Assembly (NCBI GenBank): GCA_964057225.1
Contig: OZ059899.1
Coordinates: 13,330,001 to 13,394,000, forward strand
Source of the DNA: Auanema rhodensis
Lineage: Eukaryota; Animalia; Nematoda
Direction of reading: 5' to 3'
Length of the DNA: 64,000 nt
A model generated the notes under the pieces. It ran no database searches, was not told the origin of the DNA, and was given only the letters and a program-made list of their open reading frames with translations. Position numbers and translations under genes: made by a program. Shown here piece after piece: positions 41,036 through 54,900 of the stretch. Numbering within the stretch: position 1 is the first letter of the stretch; each line of letters opens with the position of its first letter.

Positions 41036-41105
41036 GTTAACAGCTCGCGGGACTTCACGTGAATTGACGTTAACAGCTCGCGTGACATCACGTGAGTTGA
41101 CGTCA
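41036..41105. promoter_or_regulatory. 33-bp x2 tandem element with two TCACGTGA E-boxes and a palindromic CRE TGACGTCA
   Basis: Copies at 41036-41068 and 41069-41101. TCACGTGA at 41055 and 41088; TGACGTCA at 41098-41105. Function is inferred only. Confidence 0.45.
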
Positions 41106-41215
41106 TAACCAAAATTTCATTTAATAATTCAAAATACAAGATAAACGGTTGATTATGAAAAACTCAAAATCAAATATTCTAAATGTTACTCATATCTCAT
41201 TCAAACTATTTGCAG

Positions 41216-41292
41216 GATAACTCGAACCTGTATATGGTACTGGAGTTCATATCAGGAGGAGAAATGTTCTCTCATCTTCGAAGGATTGGACG
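41216..41292 (+). CDS. kin-1: PKA-C core exon: [25 protein letters not shown](R)
   Basis: TTGCAG acceptor, phase-2 GTTAGT donor; kinase hinge region. Confidence 0.98.
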
Positions 41293-41347
41293 GTTAGTTA
41301 CATCATCGTCATCAACATCATCTAATACTTGTTTCATTTCGTTTTAG

Positions 41348-41480
41348 ATTCTCCGAGCCACATTCACGCTTTTACGCTGCTCAGATTGTGCTAGCATTCG
41401 AATACTTGCACTCACTCGACCTCATCTATCGTGATTTGAAGCCTGAAAATCTTTTAATTGACAGCACTGGATATTTGAAG
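41348..41480 (+). CDS. kin-1: PKA-C core exon: [44 protein letters not shown]
   Basis: Catalytic loop YRDLKPEN; AG/GT boundaries in phase. Confidence 0.98.
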
Positions 41481-41507
41481 GTAAACTATATCTATACATA
41501 TATTTAG

Positions 41508-42011
<504 letters not shown>

Positions 42012-42748
42012 GTACTTCATTGTTATATAATTATTCTTATAATTCAAATTTTTTTTATAAAAATTAAAAAAAAAACTTTTTTTTGACAAGTTTCAAAAAA
42101 AGAAAAAAAAAGAAGATTTAATTAGCGAACACGAACGATAAAAACAGGCAAATAGCGTTGAGGATCTGAAAATAGCATGCATTTCTATTAATATTTATAT
42201 TTATATATATATATATATATCTTTTCTATTTTTATTTTATTTTTATTCATAATATTCCGCATTGCACGCATTGTTTGCTCTAAAATTTCAATAGCAATAT
42301 AGATTATCGTATATGTATGTTATAGTTGTTTTTTAATTTATATAATTAAAAAAATATATCTTAACTATGCGCATAGTTAAGTTTTTAAATATTGAAAACA
42401 TACATATACGATATATATACATATAGCTTAACTGCATGACGTGATGGTAATTGTGATGCGCGATATGAAAATGAAAGTTTACATGAATATTTTTCATATA
42501 ATTATTTAATTTTTGAGCATAAATAGCATAATTTATCGATTATTTCGATAGATTTTACTCTAAAGTTTATCATTTTTGAGAATATAAGTCAAATATTCAT
42601 GGAAATTTCTAGTTTAACTATATCGTTCAGCTCTTTTTCAAATCAATATTTTCAGTTTTATATACTATATACTATATATATATATATTTAATTTTAATTT
42701 ATTATTTATTTTCTGACAGCATGATGTGTGTGTTTTCTTTTTGTACAG

Positions 42749-42919
42749 ATTACTCCGGCTTCATTCTCACGTGCTGAAGCTGGCCGCCTGTTCGAAGCGT
42801 TGTATCCGAAGGTAGATGGACCTGGTGATACTCGACATTTCGTGGAAGAAGTCAAGGAAGAACCGGAATGGCATATCGCCACCGAGTGTCAGCTAGCTGA
42901 CACCTTTGCCGAATTCTAG
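42749..42919 (+). CDS. kin-1: PKA-C nematode-type alternative last exon: ITPASFSRAEAGRLFEALYPKVDGPGDTRHFVEEVKEEPEWHIATECQLADTFAEF*
   Basis: GTACAG acceptor after a pyrimidine tract; ends in the FxxF hydrophobic motif and TAG. Matches the known C. elegans alternative C-terminus (GRLFEALYPRVDGPADTRHFVEEV). Confidence 0.93.
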   Translation: MTPASFSRAEAGRLFEALYPKVDGPGDTRHFVEEVKEEPEWHIATECQLADTFAEF

Positions 42920-43982
42920 CTTCGATGTAGCAGTAGACGAACGAACAGCAGCCATATCTCTATCATTCAATACATGTACTTAATATTGTGCCATTATAAC
43001 ATATGCCATATACTAGCTAGTAGTGCTATACATATAGTATACGGCTGATGTCTTAATGTCTCACATGACATCACACACACACACACACACCAGCAATTCA
43101 ACTACGATATGAAAATCACTCTCTCACTGGCTATATGACGACGTTGAGGTTTATGATGAGCAGCAGCACTGACGATGACGATGACGCAGACAGAATACAC
43201 CCCTTCTCCCCCTCCCCTCTCATAGATGGATCTGATTGAGTTATAGTGGATCGCGCACACGAATTTCTCACATTTGAGGAATGTTATAGCTTGATGACAA
43301 GGAAGATGATAATGATTGATGATGTGTTGTGAGTGCTTCTTCTTCTTCTTCTATTACTAAAGCCTTTTCCCCTGTATTTTTCTATTTTATTTTCCTTTTC
43401 TATCCTTTTTTTATTTCTTTTAAACCTTTAACAAGCATCGAAAAGTATGTTTTTCATTTGAAACTGAATGAAAAGCATAAATTTCGAAATTTCCTTTCCT
43501 TTTGCATGATGCATGATGTATGATATTTCAACTGCAATTATTTTCTTCCTTGTTTTGTTTGAACAGCTCAAAGCATGAAGTCATCCGTTTGTTGGATCAA
43601 GTTTTAGATTGTTTTTGTAATTTTTGTACGCAAAAAAACGTGTTGTGTTTGCTTTATAAAGCCAAATTTAATTTTCATATGTGTTGATTGAAAGTTCAAA
43701 TTCCATCTGAAAATACAAAATATTTTGTGTATAATGAATAAGCATAGTATAACCTTTGTGGTGGGAGAGAAGCTACAAATTCATGAAATCATGTGAATGA
43801 AATGAATTGAAAAAAAAAAGAAAAAAAGGACGAAATATGAATAAAGATTATTCTTCTCCCACCTTCTGTTTCGTCTTCCTCTCCAAAAACCTTTGTCAAT
43901 TTCCTATGTGTTACTCTCTTGAGCCAATCATCATCATCACATTCATCACACTTCTTGTGCAGTAATCATGTTTCTGTTTCAG

Positions 43983-44108
43983 GTTGAAGCTCCCTTCTTG
44001 CCCAAATGCCGTGGACCGGGTGATGCCTCCAACTTTGACGATTACGAGGAAGAGCCTTTACGTATTTCCGGAACGGAAAAATGCTCCAAGGAATTTGCCG
44101 AGTTTTAA
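43983..44108 (+). CDS. kin-1: PKA-C canonical last exon: [41 protein letters not shown]
   Basis: TTTCAG acceptor; PxxP, NFDDY, turn-motif Ser and FxxF motifs, then TAA. Confidence 0.97.
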   Translation, partial: VEAPFLPKCRGPGDASNFDDYEEEPLRISGTEKCSKEFAEF

Positions 44109-44502
44109 TAGAGGGACAGAGGAAAATCTGCTTTCAAAAATCATTTATTTTCTTTTTTTTATTATTTCTTTCTCATAAATATTATAAACTATATATATAC
44201 TATTATATATATATACTATAATATTGTGCTAAACCTAGTCCTCAAATGATACCGTCTCATTCTTCTTATGTGCACAAATTTATATTTTTTTTTTGGAAAA
44301 AAAAGTTCTATTTTCCCAATCTTCTTCTTCTTCTTCTTCATCTTCATCTACACGATACTACCTTGTAGTCTAGAAATAAGTATTGTACATGTCATCAGCT
44401 AGTTCTCTATAACAATCACATCAGTTGTCTTTTAATTTCATCTCTTAGTGGAGAAATGTAAGAACAGAAGTCAAACCTCAAGTGCAAGTTAAACACCCAC
44501 CC

Positions 44503-44544
<42 letters not shown>

Positions 44545-45517
44545 GCTCCACTCTCCCTTCCTCTCTCCCTCTGTTCTCGAATATTCCTTTTCTGAACGCT
44601 TTTGCTTTACTTTGTAAGCAGAATGTCTAAGTTCTCTGAAAGATATTTCGATAAATCTGCGTATTACTGCTCTTCTTACCTCAACAGTTATTCTATTTGT
44701 TCGCAGATACTGTACAACATCATACCGTAATTTTCCTGTTTTCTTCGTACCTCTCTATCCATCGTCCCTTCCCCCTCCGATCCCCTTTATTCTCTTTAGC
44801 CGTCCTGTCTAGCACTGACTCCTCTAATGTAGAATGGTAAATGCCGATTGATCAGCCATTTTCAAGTTCTTCAAAGTTTTGCTGATATTGCCGTGCCCAA
44901 GCGGGTTGCTCTTCAAGTCTCTGTACCCTCCAAATTCAAAGATATTTATATTAACTATATGTTTGTTTCCATTGAATTAATAATAATTATAATATTTATT
45001 ATTTGTATTATTATTTTTTCAATAAACACATGGAGCATATAGAATCAGATCCCTCCGAACCATGCTTCTTTCCATCCAAAATTTGCCTTCCGACGTACAG
45101 ACTCCGTTCACTACAATCATCCTCCACATCTTCCTGTGTCCCTATTTCAAGTGTCGATCCGCTCCACCTTTCAGCTTCAAATGGCTTCCCTTTTAACTCT
45201 ATGATAGATTACTGAAATCCACTCTTTAGCTCAGATCCAACCCTTCTTCCCTCTTCAAACCTCAGTCGTTCCATATTCACAGTCTCGTATTTCTAAACTC
45301 TGTTCGGCCCCTTCCCCCCAGCCCCCACACCCTTTACAAACTTTTTCTTCAAAATATTCGACTGCTCGCCCACACATGTTCTTAAAATCCATCTGATTTC
45401 AACTTCTGCTCCTGCTTTCGTTCAAAGCCAATCGTCTTCGCAGAATCATCATAAGCTGATTCTAAACTTTGTATTGTTTTCATTGTCTCGACACTCTCTA
45501 AGAAGAGATATTCTCAT

Positions 45518-45523
45518 AATAAA
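45518..45523 (+). terminator. Candidate poly(A) signal AATAAA of kin-1
   Basis: AATAAA followed by T-rich sequence at the end of about 1.4 kb of pyrimidine-rich, 3'UTR-like DNA. Another AATAAA lies at 45021. Confidence 0.35.
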
Positions 45524-45994
45524 TTGTCTCTTCTTATTTTTAAATGTATTTATATATATTTTATATTTTTTATATTTGAAAACAGAATCAAAAGCTTTAT
45601 TTTTTATGTGTTTTCTTCATTTGTATCTTTCTTGGGGTTGAATTGAAAATTTTTACAATTGTTTCACACATCGTCAGCCTAAACTACATGTGATGTACTA
45701 ATAGAAGAAACCACAACCATATGCACAACAAGCATACAAACTTCATCACATACTCTTGTGAAGCGTAATCACCTCAGTTATCATGAGCGAATCAAAATAA
45801 ACAAACAGCTATTATACAAGACGGTGAAGCGGGGATCTCACTTTCTATGCTCCAGAAATATTTTCAAATATAGACAAATATATCTATAAAACAGATAAAA
45901 TTGAACGGAAGTTGTTAAAAAAACACAAAACACAATATTTTCAATTTGACAGCATAAATTCCAAACATGGTAATTCAAATCTGTAGAATCTAAT

Positions 45995-48900
45995 TGTAGG
46001 CACTGTGTGTCCGGTGAATGTCCATTTTTCATAAAAATCATCAACTAAAATCAAATACAGATGAACTGAGGTTGGGTATTCAGATGTGTAGATTCTGAAA
46101 TTTCAAGTGAGATTTGGATGTGACTCTCCAATTTTTCGGAAAAATGGTTTATATCGAACACATCCACAAGATTTGTTCACAAAAAAGTTCAGGCTGTAGG
46201 CACTGTGTGTCCGGTGAATGTCCATTTTTCATAAAAATCATCAACTAAAATCAAATACAGATGAACTGAGGTTGGGTATTCAGATGTGTAGATTCTGAAT
46301 TTTCAAGTGAGATTTGGATGTGACTCTCCAATTTTTCGGAAAAATGGTTTATATCGAACACATCCACAAGATTTGTTCACAAAAAAGTTCAGGCTGTAGG
46401 CACTGTGTGTCCGGTGAATGTCCATTTTTCACAAAAATCATCAACTAAAATCAAATACAGATGAGCTGAGGTTGGGTATTCAGATGTGTAGATTCTGAAT
46501 TTTCAAGTGAGATTTGGATGTGACTCTCCAATTTTTCGGAAAAATGGTTTATATCGAACACATCCACAAGATTTGTTCACAAAAAAGTTCAGGCTGTAGG
46601 CACTGTGTGTCCGGTGAATGTCCATTTTTCATAAAAATCATCAACTAAAATCAAATACAGATGAGCTGAGGTTGGGCATTCAGATGTGTAGATTCTGAAT
46701 TTTCAAGTGAGATTTGGATGTGACTCTCCAATTTTTCGGAAAAATGGTTTATATCGAACACATCCACAAGATTTGTTCACAAAAAAGTTCAGGCTGTAGG
46801 CACTGTGTGTCCGGTGAATGTCCATTTTTCACAAAAATCATCAACTAAAATCAAATACAGATGAGCTGAGGTTGGGTATTCAGATGTGTAGATTCTGAAA
46901 TTTTAAGTGAGATTTGGATGTGACTCTCCAATTTTTCGGAAAAATGGTTTATATCGAACACATCCACAAGATTTGTTCACAAAAAAGTTCAGGCTGTAGG
47001 CACTGTGTGTCCGGTGAATGTCCATTTTTCACAAAAATCATCAACTAAAATCAAATACAGATGAGCTGAGGTAGGGTATTCAGATGTGTAGATTCTGAAA
47101 TTTTAAGTGAGATTTGGATGTGACTCTCCAATTTTTCGGAAAAATGGTTTATATCGAACACATCCACAAGATTTGTTCACAAAAAAGTTCAGGCTGTAGG
47201 CACTGTGTGTCCGGTGAATGTCCATTTTTCACAAAAATCATCAACTAAAATCAAATACAGATGAGCTGAGGTTGGGCATTCAGATGTGTAGATTCTGAAT
47301 TTTCAAGTGAGATTTGGATGTGACTCTCCAATTTTTCGGAAAAATGGTTTATATCGAACACATCCACAAGATTTGTTCACAAAAAAGTTCAGGCTGTAGG
47401 CACTGTGTGTCCGGTGAATGTCCATTTTTCACAAAAATCATCAACTAAAATCAAATACAGATGAGCTGAGGTTGGGTATTCAGATGTGTAGATTCTGAAA
47501 TTTTAAGTGAGATTTGGATGTGACTCTCCAATTTTTCGGAAAAATGGTTTATATCGAACACATCCACAAGATTTGTTCACAAAAAAGTTCAGGCTGTAGG
47601 CACTGTGTGTCCGGTGAATGTCCATTTTTCATAAAAATCATCAACTAAAATCAAATACAGATGAACTGAGGTTGGGTATTCAGATGTGTAGATTCTGAAT
47701 TTTCAAGTGAGATTTGGATGTGACTCTCCAATTTTTCGGAAAAATGGTTTATATCGAACACATCCACAAGATTTGTTCACAAAAAAGTTCAGGCCGTAGG
47801 CACTGTGTGTCCGGTGAATGTCCATTTTTCACAAAAATCATCAACTAAAATCAAATACAGATGAACTGAGGTTGGGTATTCAGATGTGTAGATTCTGAAT
47901 TTTCAAGTGAGATTTGGATGTGACTCTCCAATTTTTCGGAAAAATGGTTTATATCGAACACATCCACAAGATTTGTTCACAAAAAAGTTCAGGCTGTAGG
48001 CACTGTGTGTCCGGTGAATGTCCATTTTTCATAAAAATCATCAACTAAAATCAAATACAGATGAGCTGAGGTTGGGCATTCAGATGTGTAGATTCTGAAT
48101 TTTCAAGTGAGATTTGGATGTGACTCTCCAATTTTTCGGAAAAATGGTTTATATCGAACACATCCACAAGATTTGTTCACAAAAAAGTTCAGGCTGTAGG
48201 CACTGTGTGTCCGGTGAATGTCCATTTTTCATAAAAATCATCAACTAAAATCAAATACAGATGAGCTGAGGTTGGGCATTCAGATGTGTAGATTCTGAAT
48301 TTTCAAGTGAGATTTGGATGTGACTCTCCAATTTTTCGGAAAAATGGTTTATATCGAACACATCCACAAGATTTGTTCACAAAAAAGTTCAGGCTGTAGG
48401 CACTGTGTGTCCGGTGAATGTCCATTTTTCACAAAAATCATCAACTAAAATCAAATACAGATGAACTGAGGTTGGGTATTCAGATGTGTAGATTCTGAAT
48501 TTTCAAGTGAGATTTGGATGTGACTCTCCAATTTTTCGGAAAAATGGTTTATATCGAACACATCCACAAGATTTGTTCACAAAAAAGTTCAGGCTGTAGG
48601 CACTGTGTGTCCGGTGAATGTCCATTTTTCATAAAAATCATCAACTAAAATCAAATACAGATGAGCTGAGGTTGGGCATTCAGATGTGTAGATTCTGAAT
48701 TTTCAAGTGAGATTTGGATGTGACTCTCCAATTTTTCGGAAAAATGGTTTATATCGAACACATCCACAAGATTTGTTCACAAAAAAGTTCAGGCTGTAGG
48801 CACTGTGTGTCCGGTGAATGTCCATTTTTCATAAAAATCATCAACTAAAATCAAATACAGATGAGCTGAGGTTGGGCATTCAGATGTGTAGATTCTGAAT

Positions 48901-51900
48901 TTTCAAGTGAGATTTGGATGTGACTCTCCAATTTTTCGGAAAAATGGTTTATATCGAACACATCCACAAGATTTGTTCACAAAAAAGTTCAGGCTGTAGG
49001 CACTGTGTGTCCGGTGAATGTCCATTTTTCATAAAAATCATCAACTAAAATCAAATACAGATGAACTGAGGTTGGGTATTCAGATGTGTAGATTCTGAAA
49101 TTTCAAGTGAGATTTGGATGTGACTCTCCAATTTTTCGGAAAAATGGTTTATATCGAACACATCCACAAGATTTGTTCACAAAAAAGTTCAGGCTGTAGG
49201 CACTGTGTGTCCGGTGAATGTCCATTTTTCACAAAAATCATCAACTAAAATCAAATACAGATGAGCTGAGGTTGGGCATTCAGATGTGTAGATTCTGAAT
49301 TTTCAAGTGAGATTTGGATGTGACTCTCCAATTTTTCGGAAAAATGGTTTATATCGAACACATCCACAAGATTTGTTCACAAAAAAGTTCAGGCTGTAGG
49401 CACTGTGTGTCCGGTGAATGTCCATTTTTCACAAAAATCATCAACTAAAATCAAATACAGATGAGCTGAGGTTGGGCATTCAGATGTGTAGATTCTGAAT
49501 TTTCAAGTGAGATTTGGATGTGACTCTCCAATTTTTCGGAAAAATGGTTTATATCGAACACATCCACAAGATTTGTTCACAAAAAAGTTCAGGCTGTAGG
49601 CACTGTGTGTCCGGTGAATGTCCATTTTTCACAAAAATCATCAACTAAAATCAAATACAGATGAACTGAGGTTGGGTATTCAGATGTGTAGATTCTGAAA
49701 TTTCAAGTGAGATTTGGATGTGACTCTCCAATTTTTCGGAAAAATGGTTTATATCGAACACATCCACAAGATTTGTTCACAAAAAAGTTCAGGCCGTAGG
49801 CACTGTGTGTCCGGTGAATGTCCATTTTTCATAAAAATCATCAACTAAAATCAAATACAGATGAGCTGAGGTTGGGCATTCAGATGTGTAGATTCTGAAT
49901 TTTCAAGTGAGATTTGGATGTGACTCTCCAATTTTTCGGAAAAATGGTTTATATCGAACACATCCACAAGATTTGTTCACAAAAAAGTTCAGGCTGTAGG
50001 CACTGTGTGTCCGGTGAATGTCCATTTTTCACAAAAATCATCAACTAAAATCAAATACAGATGAACTGAGGTTGGGTATTCAGATGTGTAGATTCTGAAA
50101 TTTCAAGTGAGATTTGGATGTGACTCTCCAATTTTTCGGAAAAATGGTTTATATCGAACACATCCACAAGATTTGTTCACAAAAAAGTTCAGGCCGTAGG
50201 CACTGTGTGTCCGGTGAATGTCCATTTTTCATAAAAATCATCAACTAAAATCAAATACAGATGAGCTGAGGTTGGGCATTCAGATGTGTAGATTCTGAAT
50301 TTTCAAGTGAGATTTGGATGTGACTCTCCAATTTTTCGGAAAAATGGTTTATATCGAACACATCCACAAGATTTGTTCACAAAAAAGTTCAGGCTGTAGG
50401 CACTGTGTGTCCGGTGAATGTCCATTTTTCACAAAAATCATCAACTAAAATCAAATACAGATGAGCTGAGGTTGGGCATTCAGATGTGTAGATTCTGAAT
50501 TTTCAAGTGAGATTTGGATGTGACTCTCCAATTTTTCGGAAAAATGGTTTATATCGAACACATCCACAAGATTTGTTCACAAAAAAGTTCAGGCTGTAGG
50601 CACTGTGTGTCCGGTGAATGTCCATTTTTCACAAAAATCATCAACTAAAATCAAATACAGATGAGCTGAGGTTGGGCATTCAGATGTGTAGATTCTGAAT
50701 TTTCAAGTGAGATTTGGATGTGACTCTCCAATTTTTCGGAAAAATGGTTTATATCGAACACATCCACAAGAGTTGTTCACAAAAAAGTTCAGGCTGTAGG
50801 CACTGTGTGTCCGGTGAATGTCCATTTTTCACAAAAATCATCAACTAAAATCAAATACAGATGAACTGAGGTTGGGTATTCAGATGTGTAGATTCTGAAT
50901 TTTCAAGTGAGATTTGGATGTGACTCTCCAATTTTTCGGAAAAATGGTTTATATCAAACACATCCACAAGATTTGTTCACAAAAAAGTTCAGGCTGTAGG
51001 CACTGTGTGTCCGGTGAATGTCCATTTTTCACAAAAATCATCAACTAAAATCAAATACAGATCAACTGAGGTTGGGTATTCAGATGTGTAGATTCTGAAA
51101 TTTCAAGTGAGATTTGGATGTGACTCTCCAATTTTTCGGAAAAATGGTTTATATCGAACACATCCACAAGATTTGTTCACAAAAAAGTTCAGGCTGTAGG
51201 CACTGTGTGTCCGGTGAATGTCCATTTTTCATAAAAATCATCAACTAAAATCAAATACAGATGAACTGAGGTTGAGTATTCAGATGTGTAGATTCTGAAA
51301 TTTCAAGTGAGATTTGGATGTGACTCTCCAATTTTTCGGAAAAATGGTTTATATCGAACACATCCACAAGATTTGTTCACAAAAAAGTTCAGGCTGTAGG
51401 CACTGTGTGTCCGGTGAATGTCCATTTTTCACAAAAATCATCAACTAAAATCAAATACAGATGAACTGAGGTTGGGTATTCAGATGTGTAGATTCTGAAT
51501 TTTCAAGTGAGATTTGGATGTGACTCTCCAATTTTTCGGAAAATGGTTTATATCGAACACATCCACAAGAGTTGTTCACAAAAAAGTTCAGGCTGTAGGC
51601 ACTGTGTGTCCGGTGAATGTCCATTTTTCACAAAAATCATCAACTAAAATCAAATACAGATGAACTGAGGTTGGGTATTCAGATGTGTAGATTCTGAATT
51701 TTCAAGTGAGATTTGGATGTGACTCTCCAATTTTTCGGAAAAATGGTTTATATCGAACACATCCACAAGAGTTGTTCACAAAAAAGTTCAGGCTGTAGGC
51801 ACTGTGTGTCCGGTGAATGTCCATTTTTCACAAAAATCATCAACTAAAATCAAATACAGATGAACTGAGGTTGGGTATTCAGATGTGTAGATTCTGAAAT

Positions 51901-54900
51901 TTCAAGTGAGATTTGGATGTGACTCTCCAATTTTTCGGAAAAATGGTTTATATCGAACACATCCACAAGATTTGTTCACAAAAAAGTTCAGGCCGTAGGC
52001 ACTGTGTGTCCGGTGAATGTCCATTTTTCACAAAAATCATCAACTAAAATCAAATACAGATGAACTGAGGTTGGGTATTCAGATGTGTAGATTCTGAAAT
52101 TTCAAGTGAGATTTGGATGTGACTCTCCAATTTTTCGGAAAAATGGTTTATATCGAACACATCCACAAGATTTGTTCACAAAAAAGTTCAGGCTGTAGGC
52201 ACTGTGTGTCCGGTGAATGTCCATTTTTCATAAAAATCATCAACTAAAATCAAATACAGATGAGCTGAGGTTGGGCATTCAGATGTGTAGATTCTGAATT
52301 TTCAAGTGAGATTTGGATGTGACTCTCCAATTTTTCGGAAAAATGGTTTATATCGAACACATCCACAAGATTTGTTCACAAAAAAGTTCAGGCTGTAGGC
52401 ACTGTGTGTCCGGTGAATGTCCATTTTTCACAAAAATCATCAACTAAAATCAAATACAGATGAACTGAGGTTGGGTATTCAGATGTGTAGATTCTGAAAT
52501 TTCAAGTGAGATTTGGATGTGACTCTCCAATTTTTCGGAAAAATGGTTTATATCGAACACATCCACAAGATTTGTTCACAAAAAAGTTCAGGCCGTAGGC
52601 ACTGTGTGTCCGGTGAATGTCCATTTTTCACAAAAATCATCAACTAAAATCAAATACAGATGAACTGAGGTTGGGTATTCAGATGTGTAGATTCTGAAAT
52701 TTCAAGTGAGATTTGGATGTGACTCTCCAATTTTTCGGAAAAATGGTTTATATCGAACACATCCACAAGATTTGTTCACAAAAAAGTTCAGGCCGTAGGC
52801 ACTGTGTGTCCGGTGAATGTCCATTTTTCACAAAAATCATCAACTAAAATCAAATACAGATGAACTGAGGTTGGGTATTCAGATGTGTAGATTCTGAAAT
52901 TTCAAGTGAGATTTGGATGTGACTCTCCAATTTTTCGGAAAAATGGTTTATATCGAACACATCCACAAGATTTGTTCACAAAAAAGTTCAGGCTGTAGGC
53001 ACTGTGTGTCCGGTGAATGTCCATTTTTCATAAAAATCATCAACTAAAATCAAATACAGATGAGCTGAGGTTGGGCATTCAGATGTGTAGATTCTGAATT
53101 TTCAAGTGAGATTTGGATGTGACTCTCCAATTTTTCGGAAAAATGGTTTATATCGAACACATCCACAAGATTTGTTCACAAAAAAGTTCAGGCCGTAGGC
53201 ACTGTGTGTCCGGTGAATGTCCATTTTTCACAAAAATCATCAACTAAAATCAAATACAGATGAACTGAGGTTGGGTATTCAGATGTGTAGATTCTGAAAT
53301 TTCAAGTGAGATTTGGATGTGACTCTCCAATTTTTCGGAAAAATGGTTTATATCGAACACATCCACAAGATTTGTTCACAAAAAAGTTCAGGCTGTAGGC
53401 ACTGTGTGTCCGGTGAATGTCCATTTTTCATAAAAATCATCAACTAAAATCAAATACAGATGAGCTGAGGTTGGGCATTCAGATGTGTAGATTCTGAATT
53501 TTCAAGTGAGATTTGGATGTGACTCTCCAATTTTTCGGAAAAATGGTTTATATCGAACACATCCACAAGATTTGTTCACAAAAAAGTTCAGGCTGTAGGC
53601 ACTGTGTGTCCGGTGAATGTCCATTTTTCATAAAAATCATGAACTAAAATCAAATACAGATGAACTGAGGTTGGGTATTCAGATGTGTAGATTCTGAAAT
53701 TTCAAGTGAGATTTGGATGTGACTCTCCAATTTTTCGGAAAAATGGTTTATATCGAACACATCCACAAGATTTGTTCACAAAAAAGTTCAGGCTGTAGGC
53801 ACTGTGTGTCCGGTGAATGTCCATTTTTCACAAAAATCATCAACTAAAATCAAATACAGATGAACTGAGGTTGGGTATTCAGATGTGTAGATTCTGAAAT
53901 TTCAAGTGAGATTTGGATGTGACTCTCCAATTTTTCGGAAAAATGGTTTATATCGAACACATCCACAAGATTTGTTCACAAAAAAGTTCAGGCTGTAGGC
54001 ACTGTGTGTCCGGTGAATGTCCATTTTTCACAAAAATCATCAACTAAAATCAAATACAGATGAACTGAGGTTGGGTATTCAGATGTGTAGATTCTGAAAT
54101 TTCAAGTGAGATTTGGATGTGACTCTCCAATTTTTCGGAAAAATGGTTTATATCGAACACATCCACAAGATTTGTTCACAAAAAAGTTCAGGCTGTAGGC
54201 ACTGTGTGTCCGGTGAATGTCCATTTTTCACAAAAATCATCAACTAAAATCAAATACAGATGAACTGAGGTTGGGTATTCAGATGTGTAGATTCTGAAAT
54301 TTCAAGTGAGATTTGGATGTGACTCTCCAATTTTTCGGAAAAATGGTTTATATCGAACACATCCACAAGATTTGTTCACAAAAAAGTTCAGGCTGTAGGC
54401 ACTGTGTGTCCGGTGAATGTCCATTTTTCACAAAAATCATCAACTAAAATCAAATACAGATGAACTGAGGTTGGGTATTCAGATGTGTAGATTCTGAAAT
54501 TTCAAGTGAGATTTGGATGTGACTCTCCAATTTTTCGGAAAAATGGTTTATATCGAACACATCCACAAGATTTGTTCACAAAAAAGTTCAGGCTGTAGGC
54601 ACTGTGTGTCCGGTGAATGTCCATTTTTCACAAAAATCATCAACTAAAATCAAATACAGATGAACTGAGGTTGGGTATTCAGATGTGTAGATTCTGAAAT
54701 TTCAAGTGAGATTTGGATGTGACTCTCCAATTTTTCGGAAAAATGGTTTATATCGAACACATCCACAAGATTTGTTCACAAAAAAGTTCAGGCTGTAGGC
54801 ACTGTGTGTCCGGTGAATGTCCATTTTTCACAAAAATCATCAACTAAAATCAAATACAGATGAACTGAGGTTGAGTATTCAGATGTGTAGATTCTGAAAT

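Noticed and set aside
46062-46085. Satellite as an SL1, 5S or snRNA gene array (minus-strand AATACCCAA resembles the SL1 core TTACCCAAG)
   Set aside because: Only about 7 nt match. There is no 22-nt leader with a GT donor and Sm site in order, and no 5S or tRNA boxes.
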